Assembly: GCA_963664405.1 (NCBI GenBank)
Contig: OY761158.1
Coordinates: 2,496,001 to 2,560,000, forward strand
Direction of reading: 5' to 3'
DNA from: Thermoanaerobaculia bacterium
Lineage (GTDB): Bacteria; Acidobacteriota; Thermoanaerobaculia; Multivoradales; Multivoraceae
DNA: 64,000 nt
This document shows positions 21,072 to 30,820 of the stretch, one piece after another. Both the position numbers and the translations under genes were made by a program. The stretch's first letter is position 1. The number at the start of each line of letters is the position of its first letter. The notes under the pieces are model-generated. The model did no database searches and was not told where the DNA came from. It saw nothing but the letters and a program-made list of their open reading frames with translations.

Positions 21072-22435
21072 GGATGTGTCCCGTTTTTTGTGGAAATGGG
21101 TTCAGGCGTAGTCCTCCGAGTCGTCTTTTGCTAAATCCTACCGTTTACGCGGCCCTCTCAACCTCGAGCAGGAGCTGAAGCGCCCGGTAGCCGTTAATCC
21201 TTCGCAGGTGTATCTGCCCGAAGGCGACGAGCCCCCAGAGGAGCGTGACGCCGGCAGCCTCGGTGGCAAAGGAGCCCTGGGTTTTAGTGCGGCGACGAAA
21301 CTCGCGGTTCAGGTTCTCCAGAGCGTTGGTCGTGCGCACCGAACTCCACAGCGATTTGGGGAGCTCGTAGAAGGTCAGTAGCTGGAACCCTGCCTCCTCA
21401 AGGCTGCGAGCCACCGCCGGGACTAGTCGCGACCACTTGGTGACGAACGCCGCGTAGGCCTTGCGGGCCTGTGCCGCGTCCTCGGCTCGTACGATCGAGT
21501 GCCAGTCACGCCGCAGCTCGTCGTGTGCGTGCACCGGGCAGTGTTTCTTCAGATTCTCCCACTTGTGTTGGACGCAGCGCTGGACTTTGACCTCAGGCCA
21601 AGCCTTCAGCGCCGCGGCCAGCCCTTTGTGGCCATCCGTGACCAGGTAGCGCGGAGCCTGAAGACCTCGGGCCTTCAGATCCTCGATCAGCCACTTCCAG
21701 TGCTCGGCGGCCTCGCTCGCGGCTAAACGTAAGGCCACCAGCACCTTGGTGCCGTCCGGAGTCACACCCAGCACCACCAGCACCGGTACCGAGACCACTC
21801 GACGGGCCAAGCGGACCTTCAGGTGAAAGCCATCGAGAAACAGAAGCACGTAGGACTCCTCCGACAGATCGCGCTCACTCCAGCGAGCAAAAAGCTCCTT
21901 CAGCCGAGACACCACACGCGAAACTGCGCTCTTGGACAGGTGCTCCTCACCCAGCAGCGGAGCCAATGCCTTCTTGATCCGGCGGCTGTTAGCGCCAGCC
22001 AGATACGCACCCAGGATCGCGTCATCGACCTCCTGCGTACGACGAGCGTAACGCGGCACGATCGCACTGCGAAACTCTACGCTGGCCCCATCCTCGCCGA
22101 CTAGCCGTCCTCGTGGAATGTCCAGTTCCTTCGACCCACACGCCGTCGTGATCAGACGACGCTGCTTGCCGTTGCGATAGCCCGCACGCTCGCCTGAACG
22201 CTCGTAGGCGCTGCAGCCCAGCGCCTCGGACAGCTCTTCCTCGAGTGTGATCTCGATCGCCGCACGAACACGCTCGCGTAACAACGAACGAATGTCCTGA
22301 CGGAAGCGTGCAGCTTCCCCTTCCTCGTTGATATTCTCCACCATGGCGTAATCCTCCGTTCGCCCTAACCGGCGATGTGTTTGACCACTAGGAGGTTACG
22401 CCATTCTCAATTTCCACAGCATTCGGGACGGATCC
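21072..22435 (-). mobile_element. IS256-family element (1364 bp)
   Basis: IRs GGATGTGTCCCGTTTTTTGTGGAAAT / GGATCCGTCCCGAATGCTGTGGAAAT; 8-bp TSD CCGACGGC. Confidence 0.92.
21145..22344 (-). CDS. IS256 (Mutator-type) transposase
   Basis: GYRNG, SKSAVSR, LFLDG, VTDGHKGL, QRCVQHK, RTTNALENLNREFRRR. Confidence 0.95.
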   Translation of the reverse strand: MVENINEEGEAARFRQDIRSLLRERVRAAIEITLEEELSEALGCSAYERSGERAGYRNGKQRRLITTACGSKELDIPRGRLVGEDGASVEFRSAIVPRYARRTQEVDDAILGAYLAGANSRRIKKALAPLLGEEHLSKSAVSRVVSRLKELFARWSERDLSEESYVLLFLDGFHLKVRLARRVVSVPVLVVLGVTPDGTKVLVALRLAASEAAEHWKWLIEDLKARGLQAPRYLVTDGHKGLAAALKAWPEVKVQRCVQHKWENLKKHCPVHAHDELRRDWHSIVRAEDAAQARKAYAAFVTKWSRLVPAVARSLEEAGFQLLTFYELPKSLWSSVRTTNALENLNREFRRRTKTQGSFATEAAGVTLLWGLVAFGQIHLRRINGYRALQLLLEVERAA

Positions 22436-24196
22436 CCGACGGCCCGCCTTCGGCGGGGATGATGCCGACGGACCTAGTCTTGAGCACACTACTTGAGGGA
22501 CCAAACACCCTTCCCTCACCTACCGTGCTCAGAATGGCCAACATTCCCATCGATTATCGTGCTCACTCTCACTAGCCTCGTGTTTCGCTGCCGCCCTGAC
22601 CACGGGCCTGCTGATCGCGACAGCCCTAGCTTCGTTCAGCGTCGGAGTCGAGGCCCTCACTCTGTCGGCGACGGATCTCTCGAACCAGCAGCCGACCTCT
22701 CCCGAATGGCTCGCCCAACGCGGAGTCCTTTCGATGACCCCCATCCTGTGGGACAACATCGGCAACCCGCCGGCACCCTCGGGCTCCCTTCAGTACGGAC
22801 CCCCGGCAGCTTTCGAAGCCGGGTATTCGAATTTCACGCTCAATCAGCTCGGTGACCGCAGAACTCTCATCGACGACTTCGTTGTCCCCGCGGGAGTCGC
22901 TTTTTGGACCATTACAGACTTCCACTGGCGCCATAGTTGGGCAACGGCGAATAGCACCGCAACGAAAGGGTCTGGGGTCGATATCCGTTTCTTTGACAAC
23001 AACCCCAACGCAGGTGGGCCAGACCAGGCCGGCCCCGGCACGCTGATTGCCGCGCTTCTTGCGAGCGACTACCAGGAGAAGGTGACAGGCCGAACGACGA
23101 GCTCTGGGGGAGACCTCTTCCACGAGATGGAGTCCTCGGTCAACGTTTCCGCCGTGAACCTCGGACCCGGAAAATATTGGGTCGAATTCGCGATAAGCGG
23201 CCCAGAGAACAACTTCGGCTGGGCTCGCAGCCAGCTCTTCGAGCCCGCGTGGGTGAACTACAGCGACATTTCCGGACTCGAGCAGGGAGCCAGCATCTTC
23301 GGAGTCGATCGAGACCTGATGTGGGCCCTGACCGGTACCGCGACTCTCAACTTCGAACGCTGCAACCCCGACGCCATCACCCTGTGCATCGACGACGAGC
23401 CTGACGACGGCCGCTACCAGATCCGAGTCGCCTACGAAACGTCTCAGGCGGGCGGTCAGTCTGGGTTCGGCACCCCGACTCCGCTGGCAAGCATCGGCGT
23501 CCACCGAGGTGGGCTCATGACCTTTTTCGGGGCCGAGAACCCGGAGATGGTGATCAAGGTCCTGGACGGATGCTCAATCAACGGGAACAAGTGGATCTTT
23601 TACGCTGCCGGAACGAATGTAGGGCTCGAGACCGAAGTGACGGACACCCTCACCGGACGCCAAGTCGTCTACACCAACCTCGACCTCAACGCCGCGCTTC
23701 CGGTACAAGACGTCGGTGCATTCCCGTGTGATGGCAGTGCCGGTAGCGTCTTCACCCCCGAGGCAATGGACTTCGACTTTGATCGAGATTTGGTATCGGG
23801 GAGCGGGCCGCAGCTTCCGTGTATCGCCAACGACACGACCTTGTGTATCGACGACGCAACCGGCGACAAGCGATGGCAAATTCGAGTCGCCTTCATGACC
23901 TCGCAGGCTGGAGGGGTGGAGGGTCTCGGATCTGCGACTCCCCTGTCACAGTTGGGCGTCGACCGAGGGGGCTTGATGACGTTCTTCTCGGCGGACAATC
24001 CGGAGATGCTGATCAAGGTGCTCGACGGTTGTTCCATCAACGGGAATAAGTGGGTCTTTTACTCGGCAACGACCAACGTCGCCCTGGAAACGACCGTTAC
24101 CGATACTCAGACCGGATCATGGGTCCAATATCTGAACCCCGACCGCAACGCCGCCCCACCGGTACAGCACACGGCAGCGTTCCCCTGCTCACCGTC

Positions 24197-24362
24197 CTAG
24201 ACCAGCGTTTCCAGAGTTCGCGCACATATCTCGGCCCCTTCTGCCCGCTGGCAGCGTTGCGCCTCCTCGACATATTGCCCAATATGCCTGCGTCGGCGCG
24301 CCTGGCCAGCGAACAGAATGAGCTCGAGCTATGCAGCCCGAACTTTGGAAACGCTGGTCTAG
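24197..24362 (+). mobile_element. Palindromic MITE copy 3 (166 bp)
   Basis: Left CTAG contains the TAG stop of the upstream gene. Confidence 0.9.
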
Positions 24363-24383
24363 AGAAGCCTGTGGCCACGCCGG

Positions 24384-26060
24384 TCAGCGGCGATCGTTGG
24401 CCAGGCCTTCGAGACCGACGGTCTGATTGAGAAGCTCCGCCTTGGCCTCCGCCGCTCGGGAATCAAGCGGATAGGCGTCAAGATGGCGATCGATCCAATC
24501 GAGACCTTCTTCGTACCTTCCAAGTTGGCCGAGTCCGATTGCGATGTTCAAACGCACCGCAGAGAAACCTGGGGCGTCGTTGTCGATCTCCTCGAGGAGT
24601 CGGACCCCCTCTTCCGAAGGCCCCGGGGAAATGCGCGATACGGCCGCACGATACCGGTGCTCGAGTGGCAGCGGCCCTACCGACTCTGCCGCCTCCCAGA
24701 GGCCCTTCTCCGTGCCGAGAAGCCCTAGGTCGCCAGCCAAGAGAGCCCTTCTCGTCAGGTTGCTCGATACCACCATGGGTAAGAGAAACAGCGTGACGAC
24801 TACCAGGCTCGCCACCAGCGGCAGACTGTGAGCTAGCGACAATCTGGAGCCCCCAGTGCTCGACAGACCGACCGTTCCATACCTCGAGCCGACCACCCCC
24901 AGGATCGGCCAGAAGCTGACCCAGCCGGCGTAGCTAAAGAAATTGACGTCATAGAGGTTGGTGACCACCCAACCGCAAAGCGCCCAAACCAGCCAGTCAG
25001 TTCTCCAAGCTCGGTGTCGAAGCGCTGCAGCGAAGACCTTCGCCGGGAGCCACAGCACGCAGAGGAGACCAAGAACGCCGAGCTCGATAAAGAGCTCGGC
25101 GGGCAGATTGTGGGCGTGTAGAAAGACCAGGCCCGCGGACTGACCGCTTCCTCTATTCGCGAGCTCCTCGGGTATTCTGTGCGCAAAGGACCCTAGCCCT
25201 AGCCCTACTACCGGGTTTTCCAGGCCCAGGCCCCCGAGAGCACGGTAGAGATCAGCTCTGACTTGAAAGGTCTCCGTGCGAGTCAGGACCTGAGCGACCT
25301 CACGCCGCTGCACGATCACGGACAGCCAGACCACAAACGCCACAAAGAGGACGGCCACAACCCTGCGAGTGACCTTATGACGCAGCGCTACGACGAAGAG
25401 GCCCATCGACGCCAGGAGGATCGGGAATCTCGCCCCGGTCGCAAGTAGCCCCAGGTAGGTGGGGACAACGGCGGCGCCTGCCCATCGCCGGACCGCCTTC
25501 TCGCCAGCCTCCCGCACGTCGAGCGCAGCAAACAGGCTCACCAAAAGGAAGATGGCAGTGAAGTTGCGGTGACCCAGAGTCGTTACGACTCGGTACATCC
25601 AGCTCTCGGAGGGGTAGCTAAAGAAGTCGAGCCCGAGTGCCTGGGCGATCGCATACACCCCCAGGACCGAGCCCGACAGGGCCATCAACCTCAAACCGAG
25701 CCGCTGCGACTCCTCAGCTAGGGCCCTGAAATAGACAAAGCTGGCGCCGCCGACAATCATCAGCGCAACGAAGCGCATACCTTCGGCCCTCGGCGCCCCG
25801 CCGCCAATATGCAGGAGCACCGCCAACACGACGCCCAGAAGTGGCAAGAGCTCGCGAGAATAGTGGCCCATCCGATCACGAAGGCTCCTGCAGAGAGTGA
25901 CCGCCACAAGGATGGCCAGGGCAGCCAACAGCCAACGGAGCAGAGCCGGATCGGCAACGAACCTGAAGATCCCAAGAGGGTTGGCGACCAGGATGATCCA
26001 GAGCGGGAGGGCCTCACCCAGGCGCTCGAGGGTGGTTCCCGTCGGGCTGGCGCGGTTCAG
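24384..26060 (-). CDS. O-antigen ligase-like membrane protein with C-terminal TPR-like region (start uncertain)
   Basis: TTLGHRNF, LLATGAR, PVVGLGLGSF, HAHNLPAELFIELGVLG; many TM segments; frame open from 26060. Confidence 0.75.
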   Translation of the reverse strand: MNRASPTGTTLERLGEALPLWIILVANPLGIFRFVADPALLRWLLAALAILVAVTLCRSLRDRMGHYSRELLPLLGVVLAVLLHIGGGAPRAEGMRFVALMIVGGASFVYFRALAEESQRLGLRLMALSGSVLGVYAIAQALGLDFFSYPSESWMYRVVTTLGHRNFTAIFLLVSLFAALDVREAGEKAVRRWAGAAVVPTYLGLLATGARFPILLASMGLFVVALRHKVTRRVVAVLFVAFVVWLSVIVQRREVAQVLTRTETFQVRADLYRALGGLGLENPVVGLGLGSFAHRIPEELANRGSGQSAGLVFLHAHNLPAELFIELGVLGLLCVLWLPAKVFAAALRHRAWRTDWLVWALCGWVVTNLYDVNFFSYAGWVSFWPILGVVGSRYGTVGLSSTGGSRLSLAHSLPLVASLVVVTLFLLPMVVSSNLTRRALLAGDLGLLGTEKGLWEAAESVGPLPLEHRYRAAVSRISPGPSEEGVRLLEEIDNDAPGFSAVRLNIAIGLGQLGRYEEGLDWIDRHLDAYPLDSRAAEAKAELLNQTVGLEGLANDRR

Positions 26061-26838
26061 ATCCTGCCTCCTCGAGCAAGAGTCCAGAGAGCGCGATCCA
26101 AGAAACCACCGTAGCGCCCTAGAAAGCGGATCTCGTTGCTTCGAATGACTTCGCGCAAGGACTCAGCAGATCGTGGCTGGTGCCGAGCCTTCCATGACGA
26201 GCTCACCACCGATCTGAGTCCCGCCAGCTGAAGGCGACGCCCGAAGTCCTGATCCTCCCCGGCCGAAACGTACACAGGGTCGTATCCTCCAACCTGATCG
26301 AAGGTCCCGCGAAGCATCGTAACTGCCGATCCGAGAACCCAAGGGACTGTCACCTCTTCGCCGTTCGCCGCAGCTTCCAAGACGCGCTTGTCGAATCGCT
26401 CTTCATCCCAGAAACACGCCGGACTGCCCTCCGGACACCAGGGAACTCACCCCATGAGATCGAAGCCCGATCCTGTGCATCGAGGGTAAGGGCGCCAACC
26501 GCTCCGATCGCCTGCCCCAGAGACTGCAGGGCTCGGCGCCGATCGAAGAAGAGGAGCTCAGCATCGGGGCTCAGAAACATGAGCATCTCGCCCTGCGTCT
26601 TGCTGACACCGAGGTTGGCTCCTGCCGCATAGCCCAGGTTCGAACCTGCGAAGACGACCGACGGCTCCACTGGGGAAAGCTGCGTCTCCAGCCCGTCCGC
26701 CAGGTCTCCGGCGTTGTCCACGACCACGACATCGAGAAGATCTCCACCGATCTTGGCGAGCGAGTCCAGAGCCGCAGGCAGCGTGGCTCCATGGCCAAAG
26801 CTCACGATGACTACAGATACTCCTCCCCGGGTCGTCAT
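26057..26838 (-). pseudogene. GT2 glycosyltransferase with a frameshift near 26390
   Basis: VSVVIVSFG, VVVVDN, NLGYAAGANLG in one frame; WVLGSAV...VGGYDPVY..GEDQDF in another. Confidence 0.75.
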
Positions 26839-27833
26839 ACTCGGCTACATCGATGGGCACGTGTGAAACGCAAAAGCTCAGTCGAATCCCGCAGCAAGCC
26901 GAATAGCCTGTCGTCACCAACCGTACGCCCACTCAGCGTCGACGCACGCTTCTCCAAGAGCGCACGAGCGCGCACTGCCCCATCGATCAATCCGAAGGCA
27001 TATTGAAGGGGATGACGACTCTTCACTGCATGGCGCACGAATTGCCTTCCACAAGTGAGTGCAGCGCCGGGACACGTAGCCAAAAGGACTCTCCAGGGAA
27101 GATTCTTGAGAAGCATCTGAACCCAATTGCGCCCCAGAAGACGAACGACCTCACCGTTGCTCGTCCCGCCGGTGGTCAACTGCCCGGTATGGCGGACCCT
27201 GGCTCCCGGTATGGCGACACAGCGCCAGCCGCGCAGCTGCGCCCTCAAGCTGAGATCGAGGTCCTCCAGATAGGTACCGAAAGCCTCGTCAAAGCCGCCA
27301 ACATCCCGCAAGAGCTCTCGGCGATAGACGGCTGCGGTAGCAGGTGCCCCCAGGACCTCGAGTGGCTCGCAAAAGTGATCGACGCTCGAAACACCATTGC
27401 CGACTTGGAAGGGGAAGCATGAGAGAGAAAGACCTTCGCCAAAGGAGTCGAGGATCTCGGGACGATCTCGGCGAACGACCTTGCTGGCAGCGAAACCGAA
27501 CCTCCGGTCGCTCTCGAGAGTCTCCACGGCCGACTCGAGCCAGCATGGCTCGGGCTCCGTATCGTTGTTGAGCACAGCAACATAGGACCCCCGCGCGGCT
27601 TGGAGACCCAGATTAGCGGCAGCGGCAAAGCCCACAGGCCACTCGCGCGTGATCGCACGGATATCTGGGAAGATCTCTCTCGCCCGCTCAACCGAGTCGT
27701 CTTCAGAACCGTTGTCGACGAGGATCACTTCGAAGCGGTCCATCTCTTGGGAGTCGAGCGCTAGAAGACAGGCAACCAGCGCCTCTCGCTGATTGAAGTT
27801 GGGGATGACGATCGAAACCTCAATCGAGCGCAT
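26835..27833 (-). CDS. GT2 glycosyltransferase
   Basis: VSIVIPNFN, VDNGSEDDS, LNNDT, GGFDEAFGTYLEDLDL. Confidence 0.9.
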   Translation of the reverse strand: MRSIEVSIVIPNFNQREALVACLLALDSQEMDRFEVILVDNGSEDDSVERAREIFPDIRAITREWPVGFAAAANLGLQAARGSYVAVLNNDTEPEPCWLESAVETLESDRRFGFAASKVVRRDRPEILDSFGEGLSLSCFPFQVGNGVSSVDHFCEPLEVLGAPATAAVYRRELLRDVGGFDEAFGTYLEDLDLSLRAQLRGWRCVAIPGARVRHTGQLTTGGTSNGEVVRLLGRNWVQMLLKNLPWRVLLATCPGAALTCGRQFVRHAVKSRHPLQYAFGLIDGAVRARALLEKRASTLSGRTVGDDRLFGLLRDSTELLRFTRAHRCSRV

Positions 27834-28908
27834 GCGCTGCCTCGCGGATTTCCTGGTAAAGAGCCAGGAGCTTCGACACTACGGCCCCGGGGGAATACTC
27901 GCCTGGAGAGAAATGCTGCGACCGCCTCTCGCCGGCACGGACGGCTTGAACACACGAAACGGCCGAGCTGGGGTCCCGTAGATCAAAGAGGTGGACACAA
28001 TCGCCGAGCACCGTAGCGGCTGGATGCCCATTCGGGATCAAGGCCTCACAGCCGCGGCCGAGGGCTTCCAACGTCGTAAGCCCGAAGTTCTCGGCCGTGC
28101 TCGGGAGAATGTGAGCCACCGCGTGCTCGAGCACTGCGGCCACCCCTCCGCGATCGAGTCCGCCAAGAAAGAAGGAGCGGCGAGATCGCCCGACATCCCT
28201 GCGAAATCGAGACGCATAGAGTGGCCGTTTCGGGTTGGTACGCCCGGCAAACACAAGCTTGAGATCGGACTCGATCCCCGAGCGAAGGAGCCAGCGTTGG
28301 TTCTTGAGTGGTTCGATACGGCCAATGCTCGCGACATAGGGTCGTAGCTCCCGAACTTCTTCCGAAATCGCACTGTCGCCAGGCACCAGATCCAGTGGAG
28401 GGACAATGACGGCCGAGGGTTAGCGAAGAAACTCGGGATAAGCCTCCAAGAAGGCATGCTTCTCTGCAGGAGTATGAAAGGTGAGGCCTTCAACCCTCTC
28501 GGCAAGGCGTGCGACCGCGGCTCCGGGCATCCAGTGCCGAGAGGGCCTGGCATCGCCCCGGACGAGGTTTGCCACGGAGCGCGCACTCCGCGTGAATCGC
28601 GACAGCCTGCTGTTGAGGCGACTTGGAGTCGTCCGCAGGTCGTGGTCCTTCCACCCATGGACGGGGGAAAAGACGACAGCCGCCCCCGGAAAGCTCCGAT
28701 TAGCGTCCAGAAACGCCCCTAGCTCGGCAGCACGATCGATGTTGAAGAGATGAACAATCTCCCAACTTCCATCGGGAGCTAGGGTGGAACAGACCACCCT
28801 GGCATCGTGCCCGCGGGCGCTGAGCGCTTCCGCGAGCAGGCGGGCCTCTACGACATCACCGCCAGCAATCGTGTCGATGTCTGCCCGAAGATAAAACAGG
28901 ATCCTCAT
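27820..28908 (-). pseudogene. GT4 glycosyltransferase with in-frame TAA at 28420-28422
   Basis: The two ORFs share one frame; GGDVV, IGRIEPLKNQ, ENFGLTTLEA. Confidence 0.75.
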
Positions 28909-28993
28909 CGACCTTCGTCACACCCAGGCACCCTAGCACCCGCCAGAATCTCGCACGATGCAACAGACGACTACCTCGACACCGCCGAGATCA

Positions 28994-29159
28994 CTAGACC
29001 AGCGTTTCCAAAGTTCGTGTGCAATAGCTCGAGGTCATTCTGTTCGCTGGCCAGGCGCGCCGACGCAGGCATATTGGGCAATATATCGAGGAGGCGCAAC
29101 GCCGCCAGCGGGCAGAAGGGGCCGAGATATGTGCGCGAACTTTGGAAACGCTGGTCTAG
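28994..29159 (-). mobile_element. Palindromic MITE copy 4 (166 bp, inverted)
   Basis: Same TIRs and CTAG flanks; interior is the reverse complement of copy 1. Confidence 0.9.
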
Positions 29160-29200
29160 AATCCTTCGTACTGGTCTGCAACCCGGAGGAGAATCGAAAC

Positions 29201-30805
29201 TTGAAGAGACGTGATGCCCTCGAGACCCTGGCTCTTGTTGCAGCGGCCTGGTGCATCGCGGCCGGGATCATGGCTCCAGCGAGTCATGGGGCTACACCAC
29301 CGAACATCATCCTGATTCTGACCGACGACCACGGCTGGAACCATGTTTCCTACCGATCCGACCCGGACCAGCCAAACTCATCGAGCGACTTCATCGAAAC
29401 ACCAAACCTCGCACGTGCCGCGAAACGGGGCATTCGCTTCACCGACGCCTACGCACCGAATCCCATCTGCTCCCCAACTCGTCACAGCATGTTGTTCGGC
29501 CAGAACGCCGCAAGACACGTCTACGCCAAGTCAATGGACTGGTTGGCTGATGCCTCCGGCTGGCTGACGATTCCCAAGGCGATCAAGCAAGCCAACAGCG
29601 CATACCGCACCGCGCATTTCGGCAAATGGCACGTGGGCCTTACCCCCCAGGAGATCGGCTTCGATTACAGCGACGGAATCACCAACAACTCTCAGGGCGA
29701 GTTTCACCACGGCGTCTTCAAGAACTCGCGATCCCTGCGATCGAAGGTCACCGCCTACAACAAGGCAGAAGGCATTTCCGTCAAGCCACCCGGTTACTCC
29801 AAGCAGCCCGTCTCGTATGAAGAAGCGGACCCCAAAGCGGCATTCAGCCTGGCGCTCAAATCCGAGGCGTTCATCCGCGAAAGTGTCGCGGACCGCAAGC
29901 CGTTCTTCGCCTACATCGCGCACTACGCGGCGCACCTCGATCTGGTTTCGACTGGCGCGAGCTACGAGTACTTCAAGAACAAGAAAAAGGGCAGCCGTCA
30001 CGACAACGCCGCCTACGCCGCCATGGTCAAAGACCTGGACACCGCGATCGGCCGAACGCTCGATCTGGTCGAGGAGCTTGGAATCGGGGACAACACCTAT
30101 ATCTTCATCACGGGTGACAACGGCGGGGTTCAGAACTTCTACCAATCCGTCCGTGTTGACGAATCAAACAACGTCCTGAGCTCCCAGGAGTCAGACATCG
30201 AATGGCGGAACCTTCCGCTTCGGCAGGGGAAGCACGAGTTCTACGAAGGCGGTATTCGCGTGCCCTTCATTGCGCTGGGGCCCGGGATCAGTGGCGGCTC
30301 AGTCTCGCGATCCCCGGTGTCAGGCCTCGACTTCCTCCCCACCTTTGCCGCCCTGGCCGGCGGATCACCGCAGCCATCACCCGCCGTCGACGGAGACAGC
30401 ATCGCATCAGTTCTCATCGAGCCGGACAGCGAAGTCGTTCGCGAATCCGACTCCCTGATCTTCCACCAGGGAGCGAATCGAACACCCATCAGCGCAATTC
30501 GAAAGGGCAATTACAAGCTCATCAAGCACTGGATGGCCGGAGAGGGCTGCAAGTATTGTGGGGACCATTTGCTGGAGCTGTATGACCTCAGTCAGGACAT
30601 CGGAGAGGCGGAGGACCTTGCTGACCGGTTGCCTGAGCTGACACGGGCTCTCGACGATGAGCTGATGAAATTTCTCGCCAAGGCAAACGCCGAGACCGAG
30701 CTTCGCCCGCGCAAGGATGCCTACAACGTAATGCTGGAGAAAATGGGCATCGATGAAAACGCGATCGAGGTCAATACGGAATATGTATCGCCCTTCGAGG
30801 ATTAG
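29201..30805 (+). CDS. Sulfatase (FGly-dependent)
   Basis: PNIILILTDD, CSPTR, GKWH, GDNGG, YEGGIRVP; GGAGGA RBS and TTG start. Confidence 0.9.
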   Translation: MKRRDALETLALVAAAWCIAAGIMAPASHGATPPNIILILTDDHGWNHVSYRSDPDQPNSSSDFIETPNLARAAKRGIRFTDAYAPNPICSPTRHSMLFGQNAARHVYAKSMDWLADASGWLTIPKAIKQANSAYRTAHFGKWHVGLTPQEIGFDYSDGITNNSQGEFHHGVFKNSRSLRSKVTAYNKAEGISVKPPGYSKQPVSYEEADPKAAFSLALKSEAFIRESVADRKPFFAYIAHYAAHLDLVSTGASYEYFKNKKKGSRHDNAAYAAMVKDLDTAIGRTLDLVEELGIGDNTYIFITGDNGGVQNFYQSVRVDESNNVLSSQESDIEWRNLPLRQGKHEFYEGGIRVPFIALGPGISGGSVSRSPVSGLDFLPTFAALAGGSPQPSPAVDGDSIASVLIEPDSEVVRESDSLIFHQGANRTPISAIRKGNYKLIKHWMAGEGCKYCGDHLLELYDLSQDIGEAEDLADRLPELTRALDDELMKFLAKANAETELRPRKDAYNVMLEKMGIDENAIEVNTEYVSPFED

Positions 30806-30820
30806 CCGAGGGGTGTGTTC

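Larger units (their letters stand above)
20723..22571. mobile_element. Non-autonomous IS21-like element (477 bp without the nested IS256)
   Basis: Perfect 25-bp TIR TGAGAGTGAGCACGATAATCGATGG; TG...CA ends; subterminal repeat CACGATAAGTGATGG at 20757; 7-bp TSD CTAGCCT. Confidence 0.85.
20704..24200 (+). pseudogene. Secreted protein with two C-terminal Cys-containing repeat modules, cut at codon 5-7 by nested elements
   Basis: Joining 20704-20722 to 22579 gives MNPRLASCFAAALTTGLLIATALASFSVGVEA (signal peptide), in frame with ORF 22734-24200. Confidence 0.8.
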
